In this document: in pieces, positions 10,093 through 18,473 of the stretch | How the letters are laid out: every line of letters starts with the position of its first letter | Numbering within the stretch: position 1 is the stretch's first letter | DNA from: an uncultured Syntrophaceae bacterium | GTDB taxonomy: Bacteria; Desulfobacterota; Syntrophia; Syntrophales; UBA2210 | Assembly (NCBI GenBank): GCA_964430915.1 | Contig: CAYSHT010000005.1 | Location: 1 to 35,126 of the forward strand | Direction of reading: 5' to 3' | DNA: 35,126 bases | The notes under the pieces: model-generated | What the model saw: only the letters and a program-made list of their open reading frames with translations | Told to the model about the DNA's origin: nothing | Database searches by the model: none | Made by a program: the position numbers and the translations under genes

Positions 10093-11013
10093 ATGACTGT
10101 TGGTGAGGAATTGCGAAGAAAGATAATAAATAGGGTCTCGGGACGAGTCCTTTTCGATGAACGGATGTGCAATCACACATCAATGGGTGTTGGCGGAAAG
10201 GTGGATATTCTCTTTTATCCCCATGGCGTGAAGGAGGTTGAGGAGGCGGTTTCTGTTCTCGTAGCGGAAGATATACCCTTTTTGGCTGTGGGAAACTGCA
10301 CGAATCTTCTCGTAGGGGATGGCGGCTACAGGGGGTGCCTGATTTCACTCACGGATCTTCAACAATTTGAGATCAATGAAGAATCTGACGGGAGGGTATC
10401 TCTCTATGCAGAATCGGGTGTTCCCCTTTCACGCATCGTAGAAGCCTCCGTTAAAGAATCGCTTGAGGGGCTGGAGTTTTGTGCAGGAATACCGGGGAGT
10501 GTCGGTGGCGGTGTATGGATGAATGCCGGTGCCTACGGGAGAGAAATGAAGGATACCATAGGATCGGTTGTCGTTGTGAACGGTAATGGAAAAAGGAAAC
10601 AAATTGAAAGAGAAGACCTCCATTTCGAATATAGAGGGCTCGATCTGCCCGAAAGCACCGTAATAACCGGAGCCACCTTTGACTTGCTGAAGGGACAGAA
10701 AGAAGAGATTCAAAGAAGGGTTGCCGATATCCTGAATGCGAGGAGAGAGAAACACCCGCTTGGCGAGAGAAGCGCAGGCTCTGTTTTTAAAAACCCGCCA
10801 TCATCACCTGCGGGCAGGATCATCGATGAAGTGGGACTCAAAGGCACAAAAAGTGGTAGGGCGATGATATCGGAGAAGCATGGCAATTTCATTGTGAATC
10901 TCGGAGGGGCAACAACTGAGGATATCCTTACACTGATAGATATCATTAGAAAGAGGGTATTTGTGGAAAAGGGCATCAAACTTGAAACAGAAGTAAAAAT
11001 TATCGGGGAATAG
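10093..11013 (+). CDS. murB: UDP-N-acetylenolpyruvoylglucosamine reductase
   Basis: 306 aa with a PCMH-type FAD-binding N-terminal domain and the C-terminal SAGSVFKNP motif. dcw position. Confidence 0.88.
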   Translation: MTVGEELRRKIINRVSGRVLFDERMCNHTSMGVGGKVDILFYPHGVKEVEEAVSVLVAEDIPFLAVGNCTNLLVGDGGYRGCLISLTDLQQFEINEESDGRVSLYAESGVPLSRIVEASVKESLEGLEFCAGIPGSVGGGVWMNAGAYGREMKDTIGSVVVVNGNGKRKQIEREDLHFEYRGLDLPESTVITGATFDLLKGQKEEIQRRVADILNARREKHPLGERSAGSVFKNPPSSPAGRIIDEVGLKGTKSGRAMISEKHGNFIVNLGGATTEDILTLIDIIRKRVFVEKGIKLETEVKIIGE

Positions 11014-11015
11014 CT

Positions 11016-11858
11016 ATGAAAAAGTCCCTGAAGTCCTCAATGGGGACGAAAAAAAACAGAATCAAGAGACGATCGGGGAAAATTATACGAGAGAGTGTAA
11101 AGGCCCTGATGGTCCTTGGCATTTCCGGAGGACTGGCCCTCCTCATGGTATATGCTTATAATTACGCAATTTGTGCGCCCTATTTCGAACTCGGCGATAC
11201 GACAGTCAGGGGATGTGCAAAGGTAAGTGAGCGAGAGGTCCGTGAGCTTGCCGGGGTCGATGCATCGATGAATATTCTGGCGTTAAATCTCGATAAAATG
11301 ACGGATAAGATCAGGGGAAATCCCTGGATCAAAGATGTATCGATCGGAAGAGAGCTTCCCAACAGGCTGGTGATTGAGATTGTTGAGAGGGAAGCGGCGG
11401 CACTGATTAAGAAAAATGATGATCTCTACATCGTTGACAGGAATGAAGAGATATTCAAGGGGTTCGGGGAGGGTGATTGCATTAACCTTCCGGTGCTGAC
11501 GGGATTTTGTGAGAACGGGGTAGTCAATAAGGGTCTTTTGAGGATGGCATTTGAACTTCTGGATTATCTTTCCCGAAGCAGCACTTTTCCGAAAATGGAA
11601 AATGTTTCCGAAATAAACGGAAACGGTATTTACGGATTTTCGGTATTTACAAATAATCAAATGTTAATTCAGCTTGGTTTTGGAAATTATGAAAAGAAAA
11701 TTAAGCGATTGAACAGGATTCTTCTAGATCTGGCAAGGAAGGATCTTGATGAGGGATGTTTGAAGATAGATTTGGCTGATTGCAACAGGGTCATCGTTCA
11801 GCATAGGGATTATTTCGATAGAAAAAGACCAGAGGGGCGCTCACGCACAAAGATATGA
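11016..11858 (+). CDS. ftsQ: Cell division protein FtsQ
   Basis: Basic N-terminus, a single TM (ALMVLGISGGLALLMVYAY), then a POTRA-like region. Sits between murB and ftsA. Confidence 0.75.
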   Translation: MKKSLKSSMGTKKNRIKRRSGKIIRESVKALMVLGISGGLALLMVYAYNYAICAPYFELGDTTVRGCAKVSEREVRELAGVDASMNILALNLDKMTDKIRGNPWIKDVSIGRELPNRLVIEIVEREAAALIKKNDDLYIVDRNEEIFKGFGEGDCINLPVLTGFCENGVVNKGLLRMAFELLDYLSRSSTFPKMENVSEINGNGIYGFSVFTNNQMLIQLGFGNYEKKIKRLNRILLDLARKDLDEGCLKIDLADCNRVIVQHRDYFDRKRPEGRSRTKI

Positions 11859-11880
11859 AGTTTTAATGATCGGTGTATAG

Positions 11881-13107
11881 ATGTCAAAAAAAGGGAACAT
11901 AATAGTAGGGCTCGATATCGGGACAACAAAAATCTGTGCAATTGTTGGTGAGGTAACTGAAACCGGCATCGACGTCATAGGAATTGGTACCCATCCCTCG
12001 AAGGGCCTGAGGAAGGGCGTTGTGGTTAATATTGACAGCACTGTGGATTCCATAAAGAGGGCTATTGAGGAAGCGGAGCTGATGTCAGGATATGAGATAA
12101 AGGCAGTATATACGGGAATTGCCGGAGCTCATATTAAGGGCATGAACAGTCACGGTATCGTGGCTGTGAAGAGTGGTGAAGTTGAAGCGGCTGACGTAAA
12201 AAGAGCAATTGAGGCGGCAAAGGCTATCGTCGTGCCTTTGGACAGGGAAGTCGTTCATGTATTGCCTCAGTACTATGTCGTCGATGAGCAGGACGGTATC
12301 AAAGAGCCGATAGGGATGTCAGGAGTAAGGCTTGAAGCAAAGATTCATGTAGTAATCGGTGCAGTTACGTCTATTCAGAACATCATAAAATCGGTTAACC
12401 GTGTGGGACTTGATGTGAATGATATAGTGCTCGAACAGTTGGCATCCAGCAGGGCCGTTCTCAGTCCCGACGAAACGGAGCTTGGGGTAGGCCTTATAGA
12501 TATTGGTGGAGGAACGACCGATATCGCGGTATTTGCCGAAGGTTGTATTAAACATACGGCGGTTTTACCACTGGGAGGCAATTACGTTACCAACGATATA
12601 GCGGTTGGTTTAAGAACACCAGCAATAGAAGCAGAAAAGATAAAGATCAAATATGGATGCGCCTATACTCCGATGATACCTCAGGATGAGACGATAGAGG
12701 TCTCGAGTGTCGGCGGCAGAGGGCCTCGAAAGGTGTCGAGGCAGGTTCTGGGTGAGATTATCGAGCCTCGTCTCGAGGAAATTCTGAGCCTGGCCAACAG
12801 GGAGATAGTAAGATCGGGTTACGAGGATCTTCTTGCGGCAGGTATTGTTTTAACTGGCGGAACGTCTATCTTGGAGGGAATAACAGAACTGGGTGAACAG
12901 ATATTCAATATGCCGGTAAGAAGGGGAAGTCCCTCTGATGTGGGGGGTATTACGGATATAGTTAACAGTCCCATATATGCCACCGGGGTAGGACTTGTTA
13001 TTCACGGGAACAACAACCAGTCCGGTCTGGTGGTAAGAAGAAATGAAAGAAGTTTAGTAAAAAAAATAGCCAGGAGAATGAAACGATGGTTCGACGACTT
13101 TTTTTAG
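11881..13107 (+). CDS. ftsA: Cell division protein FtsA
   Basis: Actin-fold phosphate motifs [15 protein letters not shown] and [13 protein letters not shown]-terminal amphipathic helix [15 protein letters not shown]. Confidence 0.92.
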   Translation: MSKKGNIIVGLDIGTTKICAIVGEVTETGIDVIGIGTHPSKGLRKGVVVNIDSTVDSIKRAIEEAELMSGYEIKAVYTGIAGAHIKGMNSHGIVAVKSGEVEAADVKRAIEAAKAIVVPLDREVVHVLPQYYVVDEQDGIKEPIGMSGVRLEAKIHVVIGAVTSIQNIIKSVNRVGLDVNDIVLEQLASSRAVLSPDETELGVGLIDIGGGTTDIAVFAEGCIKHTAVLPLGGNYVTNDIAVGLRTPAIEAEKIKIKYGCAYTPMIPQDETIEVSSVGGRGPRKVSRQVLGEIIEPRLEEILSLANREIVRSGYEDLLAAGIVLTGGTSILEGITELGEQIFNMPVRRGSPSDVGGITDIVNSPIYATGVGLVIHGNNNQSGLVVRRNERSLVKKIARRMKRWFDDFF

Positions 13108-13123
13108 AAGGGAGGGTGAAACC

Positions 13124-14284
13124 ATGTTCGAATTAGTACAAGGTGGTAAGGGTACGGGTGCAAAGATAAAGGTTATCGGTGTCGGTGGCGGAGGAGGAAA
13201 CGCCGTGAACATGATGATATCGTATAACTTGAGTGGAGTGGATTTCGTTGCTGCGAATACGGATTCGCAGGCCCTGACGGTATCCAAGGCACCGATAAAA
13301 ATACAATTGGGGACCGAGGTAACAAAGGGCCTTGGTGCAGGATCGGATCCCGATGTGGGCAAGAGGGCAGCCATTGAGTCTCAGGACAGAATCAGTGATG
13401 TCCTGGATGGGGCCGATATGGTCTTCATTACGGCCGGTCTTGGAGGTGGAACGGGTACGGGTGGAGCTCCCGTTATGGCCGAGATCGCAAAGGATTTGGG
13501 GGCCCTTACGGTTGCCGTTGTTACAAAACCTTTTCAGTTCGAGGGAAAAAGGAGAGAGAAACAGGCCGAAGAGGGGCTGATCGAGCTTAAGAAGATGGTT
13601 GACAGCCTCATAGTGATACCGAACCAGAGGCTTTTGAGTATCAGTGGCAGAAACATGTCCCTTTCCGATGCATTCAAAAAGGCCGACGATATCCTCTATC
13701 ACGGTGTAAAGGGGATCTCGGATCTCATAATGGTTCCCGGTCTCATTAATCTCGATTTTGCCGATGTCAAGAATATAATGTCAGAGATGGGGTTGGCACT
13801 CATGGGTACGGGAATTGCGAGCGGTGAAAGCAGGGCAGTTGAAGCGGCGCAAAAAGCGATATCCTCTCCCCTTCTCGAAGACAACTCGATTCAGGGTGCT
13901 AGAGGTGTCCTTCTCAGCATTACCGGCGGACCCGATATGACCCTCTTTGAGGTCAACGAAGCCTCTTCTCTTGTCCAGGCCGAAGCTCACAATGATGCAA
14001 ATATCATCTTTGGAACCGTTATTGATGAAGATATGGGAGATGAAATGCGCGTCACCGTAATCGCCACCGGTTTCAATGCATCGGACAAGAAAAGAGACAT
14101 AGTGTCCGAGAATATGTCGAGTTTTGCTACCCGCAAAAAGGAAGATATTTCCAAGCCTACCTTTATGAGAAGGAAAGAGGAGGCTAATTCTGAAAAACCG
14201 GTTGTTATCAGGATGGGTATGATCAATGATGAGGAAAACATTGATTATGAAACACCTGCTTTTTTGAGAAAACAGGCCGATTGA
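13124..14284 (+). CDS. ftsZ: Cell division GTPase FtsZ
   Basis: Tubulin signature [11 protein letters not shown]7-loop NLDFADV, and conserved C-terminal peptide [11 protein letters not shown]. Confidence 0.97.
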   Translation: MFELVQGGKGTGAKIKVIGVGGGGGNAVNMMISYNLSGVDFVAANTDSQALTVSKAPIKIQLGTEVTKGLGAGSDPDVGKRAAIESQDRISDVLDGADMVFITAGLGGGTGTGGAPVMAEIAKDLGALTVAVVTKPFQFEGKRREKQAEEGLIELKKMVDSLIVIPNQRLLSISGRNMSLSDAFKKADDILYHGVKGISDLIMVPGLINLDFADVKNIMSEMGLALMGTGIASGESRAVEAAQKAISSPLLEDNSIQGARGVLLSITGGPDMTLFEVNEASSLVQAEAHNDANIIFGTVIDEDMGDEMRVTVIATGFNASDKKRDIVSENMSSFATRKKEDISKPTFMRRKEEANSEKPVVIRMGMINDEENIDYETPAFLRKQAD

Positions 14285-14421
14285 TGGAGTAGAAATGATA
14301 AAAAGAAAAAATTGGTCCGACTTTTCGGTTCCTTAGATTGCGTCTCTCGGAAACAGTATGTAGTTTCTTGTAATTATGTTATCGGCTTTTTAATAGATAC
14401 TCTTTTCATTAGATTCTTATC

Positions 14422-14540
14422 TTGAATTGAGAAGCGATTGCATTCCCCGCTTTCTGCGACGGGGTTAGCGAGCGAATAAAAAACAAACACTTTCCTTAAC
14501 AATCGGAGATTCCCTGCAGCTTGTTGCAGGGAGTTTCAAT
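14422..14540 (+). repeat. Structured intergenic repeat, copy 2 (full length, 119 nt)
   Basis: Same layout as copy 1. Hairpin 2 is ccctgcagc-tt-gttgcaggg (14512-14531). Confidence 0.8.
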
Positions 14541-14649
14541 ATCTAAGTATATATTCACATAGGCAATGTTTCAAAAAATACTATGTTATCGCGAGAAAAT
14601 ACTATAGTATTCTTCTGTAAGTTGTATATTCCGCTTTGTTTCTAAAGGA

Positions 14650-14800
14650 TTGAACTGAGAAGTGAGCATTTTCCGCTACGTGCGGTGGTGTTAGCGAGCG
14701 AATAAAAAATACATTATTCCTCAATCCCGATAAAAGGGGATAATTTCTAAAGTACTAAACAGTCGGAGATTCCCCGTAACAAGTTGCGGGGAGATTCGAT
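14650..14800 (+). repeat. Structured intergenic repeat, copy 3 (diverged, with an internal insertion of roughly 35 nt)
   Basis: ttgaactgagaag..ccgc-tacgt-gcgg..ttagcgagcgaataaaaaat. An extra segment contains atccc-N8-gggat. Then agtcggagattc plus hairpin ccccgtaac-aa-gttgcgggg (14772-14791) and gagattcgat. Confidence 0.7.
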
Positions 14801-14834
14801 TTTCAACTATTCATTATAAGCCAGGGGGTACACT

Positions 14835-16070
14835 ATGGCAATCAATGATCTGTTTTTGTGTCCTCAGGAGTGGGTTGACGATGGTGCGAAAGATTTTGTC
14901 TCTCTTGTCAGGAAGTGGGCAGACAGAGAGATCATATCGAAACGCCACGAGTACCGGCTGAACTACGAGGATCTTTTTATTGAAAAGAGGCTGAAACTGA
15001 TCGGAGACATAGGCCTTGAAAGGCTCGTTCTGCCCGAAAGTTACGGAGGTTACGGATGGAACGAACCGGCCGGGGCATCGGGCATTACGGCAGTTCTGAG
15101 TGAAGTAGGAAGGGCCGATGCCGCGATCGGATTCGCCCTTGCCATCAAATTTGCCCTTTTCTCCGTGATTGCCATGAAACCCAGTATAAGCGATGTCCTC
15201 TGTGATACCTTGGTGCCGCTCAGCTTTACCGAAGGCATTAATGACGTGACGCTGATCCTGCCGGGGGCTGGTGTTGCGGATAGCGAGACGCCACTTTTTT
15301 TCGGCAGATCAGTTATATCCCGTATAGAAAAGACAGATGGGGGATATAGTATAACCGGAGATAAACTGAGACCGGTGGGGTGTGGCAGGAACGCCAGTCT
15401 CTACTGTGTCGTCTGCTCAACTGGGGAGGGGGAAATTGTTCTTGCCTTTGTCCCGAGTGAGACGGAGGGCGTCGTAAGGGGCGATGCTATAAAGGATACA
15501 GGACTTAATGCATGTAAAAATGCGGATATTACCTTTGATAATGCAATAATACCAGCCGAGAACGTGATCTGTCGGGAGGGATCGGTATTGGAACTGTATT
15601 CATGGCTCAATCTTTTCCTCAGTGCTGTGACCCTCGGTGCGGCATTCAATTTTTTCGAGATAGTGCATGAATGGGCCGAAACCAGGGTTATAAAAGGTGG
15701 CGTAGTAATGAAAGAAAACCCCCTCTGTGCGTACGTTCTGGCCGATGTGGCGGGGGAGATAGCCACGGCAAAGCTGTTGTGTTACAGCCTGGCCCAGAGT
15801 TTTGCCGGAAGCGAGCAATATGGCGGAATCGGCGGGCAGGCGATTTATACCTACGCGCAGATGACAGGAGAACGTGTTCATCGGGGTGTTGTGAAGGCAA
15901 TTAACAGGGGCATGGAGCTTATGGGCTCGGCAGGTTACTCAAAGGAATGGCATGTGGAAAAACACTGGCGGGATGTCAAAACGATACAGTCTCATCTTAG
16001 TGGTATCGGTGCGGATGTGCCGGTTAAAATGGATATTGCCCGTTATTTTTATCAGTGCAAAGAACTTTAA
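14835..16070 (+). CDS. Acyl-CoA dehydrogenase-fold protein, subunit A (degenerate FAD and catalytic motifs)
   Basis: 411 aa with ACAD-like N-terminal helices and the C-terminal pattern EKHWRDVKTIQSHLSG in place of RDARxxxIYEGT. ILPGAGVADSE occupies the place of the TEPxxGSD motif. RBS AGGGGG at 14823-14828. Confidence 0.7.
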   Translation: MAINDLFLCPQEWVDDGAKDFVSLVRKWADREIISKRHEYRLNYEDLFIEKRLKLIGDIGLERLVLPESYGGYGWNEPAGASGITAVLSEVGRADAAIGFALAIKFALFSVIAMKPSISDVLCDTLVPLSFTEGINDVTLILPGAGVADSETPLFFGRSVISRIEKTDGGYSITGDKLRPVGCGRNASLYCVVCSTGEGEIVLAFVPSETEGVVRGDAIKDTGLNACKNADITFDNAIIPAENVICREGSVLELYSWLNLFLSAVTLGAAFNFFEIVHEWAETRVIKGGVVMKENPLCAYVLADVAGEIATAKLLCYSLAQSFAGSEQYGGIGGQAIYTYAQMTGERVHRGVVKAINRGMELMGSAGYSKEWHVEKHWRDVKTIQSHLSGIGADVPVKMDIARYFYQCKEL

Positions 16071-16085
16071 AGAGGAGTGCATGCA

Positions 16086-17360
16086 ATGGACCATTTTGAC
16101 GAGTTTTCGAGACCCAAAGAATACATATCACCCTTGGACAAGACCCTTCGCGCGGTGATCAGAAATTGGGCCGAAGAAGAGGTCATGCCAGTACGAAGGA
16201 AATTTGACGAAGACTGGAAGGACCATAAGCTCATAGGCCCCGCCTTTGATAAACTCATGGGCGAATTGGGCCTCCAAAAGGCGATGTTTCCAGAAGAATT
16301 TGGTGGATGGGGACTCACACGATCTGATTCCCTCTTCAGGATTGCCTATGCTCTCTGCGAGGAGATGGGGAGGGCTGATACGGGAATGGCGGTTGCCTGT
16401 GGCGTTACTTTCTGGCCGCTTCTCACCATACTGGTTGAACCCTATGTGAACATGAGACTCGCTGAGGAATTGGCACCCCTCTTCTGTAATACGAAAGAAG
16501 CGGTATTTGTGGCAAATGCCATGACCGAACCTCAGGGAGGGTCCGATATAGAAAATCTGGGATTTTTAAAGGGAAAAACAATAAAGACGACTGCCCGACT
16601 CGATGGTGATGAATGGGTAATCAATGGTCACAAAATCTGGCCATCGAACAGTGGTGGTGTCGCGAAACTCTTTGGTGTTCCCTGTACCACACAACCGGGC
16701 TCAGGTGACCCCGATGACTTTGCATTCATCTTTGTGCCGGCCGATAGTAAGGGGGTAACGCAGGGCGGCCCTTATGAAAAGGCGGGAATGTCAGGAGACA
16801 AGAACGGCGATGTGTGGTTTGAGGATGTAAGGGTACCGAAATGGTACAGGGCACATGGACCAGGCCTGGATGCGAAGGCTTTCTATCAGCTTATATCATT
16901 TGGTCAGGTGGCAAGCGTTGGTTTCTTAACAGGTGCGATGCTGAATCTCTATGAAAAGTTGTACGAATTTGTCTCTTCACGAACCTATCGCAACAGGCTT
17001 CTCAAAGAAGACGATGCTATTGCGGCTGTTATTGGTCGTATCGCCGGCGATATAGATATCTGCAGGATACTCGGTCACGAGGCCGCTATGATGGGAGACC
17101 GGAGAAATAAACCCTATGGCGAACCGATCACTTCGGAAGCGGTTGTGGGAAAGATTCGAAATATCAAGGACTTTGTTTCAGACAGGGCAGTGGAAAACTT
17201 TGGCAAGGCCATGGATGTTATGGGTGTCTATGGTACGGACAGGAATTGGGATATAGAGAAGCACTGGAGGGACGTTAAGATCATACAGCTCTGGATGGGA
17301 GGCAAGCAGCTCTGCCAGATGGAGTCGGCACGGTATTTTTTTAACTGTACAACATTGTAA
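16086..17360 (+). CDS. Acyl-CoA dehydrogenase-fold protein, subunit B (FAD motif retained, catalytic Glu not evident)
   Basis: AMTEPQGGSDIENL, WVINGHKIWPSNSG, and C-terminal EKHWRDVKIIQLWMGG. ORF is open from GTG 16077, but AGAGGAG (16071-16077) fits ATG 16086. Lies 15 nt after subunit A. Confidence 0.75.
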   Translation: MDHFDEFSRPKEYISPLDKTLRAVIRNWAEEEVMPVRRKFDEDWKDHKLIGPAFDKLMGELGLQKAMFPEEFGGWGLTRSDSLFRIAYALCEEMGRADTGMAVACGVTFWPLLTILVEPYVNMRLAEELAPLFCNTKEAVFVANAMTEPQGGSDIENLGFLKGKTIKTTARLDGDEWVINGHKIWPSNSGGVAKLFGVPCTTQPGSGDPDDFAFIFVPADSKGVTQGGPYEKAGMSGDKNGDVWFEDVRVPKWYRAHGPGLDAKAFYQLISFGQVASVGFLTGAMLNLYEKLYEFVSSRTYRNRLLKEDDAIAAVIGRIAGDIDICRILGHEAAMMGDRRNKPYGEPITSEAVVGKIRNIKDFVSDRAVENFGKAMDVMGVYGTDRNWDIEKHWRDVKIIQLWMGGKQLCQMESARYFFNCTTL

Positions 17361-17372
17361 AGGGGACTGGAT

Positions 17373-17786
17373 ATGTCTGATGATCACAATAGAGGGATTA
17401 TCGACGCAACAAACAGGATTGTAAAAGTGCTGCTTAAAAGGCCGGCATTCAAGGAGAACGTGAGGTCTATACTAAACGGTGTCGATCCCGATAATGCGAG
17501 GGAACTTGCCAGGACAATACTATGGGAGGATCCCGAAATTGTTTTGTCCCTGATGGGGGCTCTTCCTTCTCTTGCGAATTCGATGATTCGGTTTCTGGAT
17601 GAGATTATACTGCAGGTGAGGGAAAAATTTCCCCCTGAACTTCTTCATGCATTCCTGGAGGAAATCATGAAGGAATTTGATGGAGAGGCGATTAGAAGTA
17701 TAAGGGACAATATCTCTACCATGGCACAAGAGGGGTATTTTCATTATGACCCCGTAAGCGGGAAGAAGGGAGAGGGGGATGATTGA
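17373..17786 (+). CDS. Uncharacterised protein, paralogue 1 (137 aa; ILWEDP...KFPPxLL module)
   Basis: ORF lies 12 nt after the ACAD-like B gene, with RBS AGGGGA. Shares an approximately 90-aa module with the next ORF. No family recognised. Confidence 0.65.
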   Translation: MSDDHNRGIIDATNRIVKVLLKRPAFKENVRSILNGVDPDNARELARTILWEDPEIVLSLMGALPSLANSMIRFLDEIILQVREKFPPELLHAFLEEIMKEFDGEAIRSIRDNISTMAQEGYFHYDPVSGKKGEGDD

Positions 17787-18444
17787 GACAATGAAAGTGT
17801 CTGACGCGAGAGACGGGGAAGGAAGTGTGCTTGCTGAGATTATTCGAACCCCGCTCTTTAAGGACATGCTGAACAATTATCTCAGCGAGATAGACCCCCG
17901 AAGGGGCGCTGCCACGGCAAAAGTGATACTATGGGAGGATCCACAGCTTATATTATCAATTCTGACCTCGATTCCCCTCATAGTTAACTGGATAATCGTG
18001 TTTCTTGGTGAGTTGGGAAATCAGACATCGGACAAGTTTCCCCCGCAGCTTCTAAAAGGTTTTATGGCAAATATGTGGGAGGATATCGATAAGGATGCGA
18101 TGGAAGAGTGCCTGAAGAATTACGGCAGGCTCATAAAGGGATTGCTCGATGAATCACCAGAATTCCAAAGGGCTCTTCTGGAGGCGATTAAGGGTCCCGT
18201 CGCGATCGGAACAGGAAAGGGTATTAATTCTGCAGTGAGATACATAAATGACATTAACAGGCAGGATCCCATGTTTTTGAAAAAGGTGTTCTCGGGTGTT
18301 ACATCCACGATTGAAGGAAAGGAATTTACCGAGGCATCCACGAGCCTGATTAATGCTGCTCTCGATCAAAAACCCCCGCTCGTTTCATGGGTATGGCACC
18401 TGCTGAAGATGAGAATAAAAGGAAAGTTCGGAAGGCAACCCTGA
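17779..18444 (+). CDS. Uncharacterised protein, paralogue 2 (221 aa; same module plus an approximately 110-aa C-terminal extension)
   Basis: 8-nt overlap with the preceding ORF. Aligns by eye: FK..L..(I/V)DP....A..ILWEDP...LS....P...N..I.FL.E...Q...KFPP.LL..F. The C-terminus ends in the basic HLLKMRIKGKFGRQP. Confidence 0.65.
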   Translation: MIETMKVSDARDGEGSVLAEIIRTPLFKDMLNNYLSEIDPRRGAATAKVILWEDPQLILSILTSIPLIVNWIIVFLGELGNQTSDKFPPQLLKGFMANMWEDIDKDAMEECLKNYGRLIKGLLDESPEFQRALLEAIKGPVAIGTGKGINSAVRYINDINRQDPMFLKKVFSGVTSTIEGKEFTEASTSLINAALDQKPPLVSWVWHLLKMRIKGKFGRQP

Positions 18445-18473
18445 GAGGGGAAAGCCCGGGAAGGTCTTAGTTT

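Noticed and set aside
13133-13702. 189-aa ORF antisense to ftsZ
   Set aside because: It lies entirely inside the highly conserved ftsZ coding region on the opposite strand. It has no RBS and a low-complexity, unrecognisable product. It is a typical shadow ORF.
14285-14421. Intrinsic terminator immediately after ftsZ
   Set aside because: Only a 4-bp stem (ccga-cttt-tcgg) is present. Transcript termination may instead involve the downstream repeat elements, but that is speculative.
18390-18410. TGGCAC-containing sequence as a sigma54 promoter
   Set aside because: The downstream element is not TTGC at the required spacing, and the site lies inside the coding sequence of the 17779-18444 ORF.
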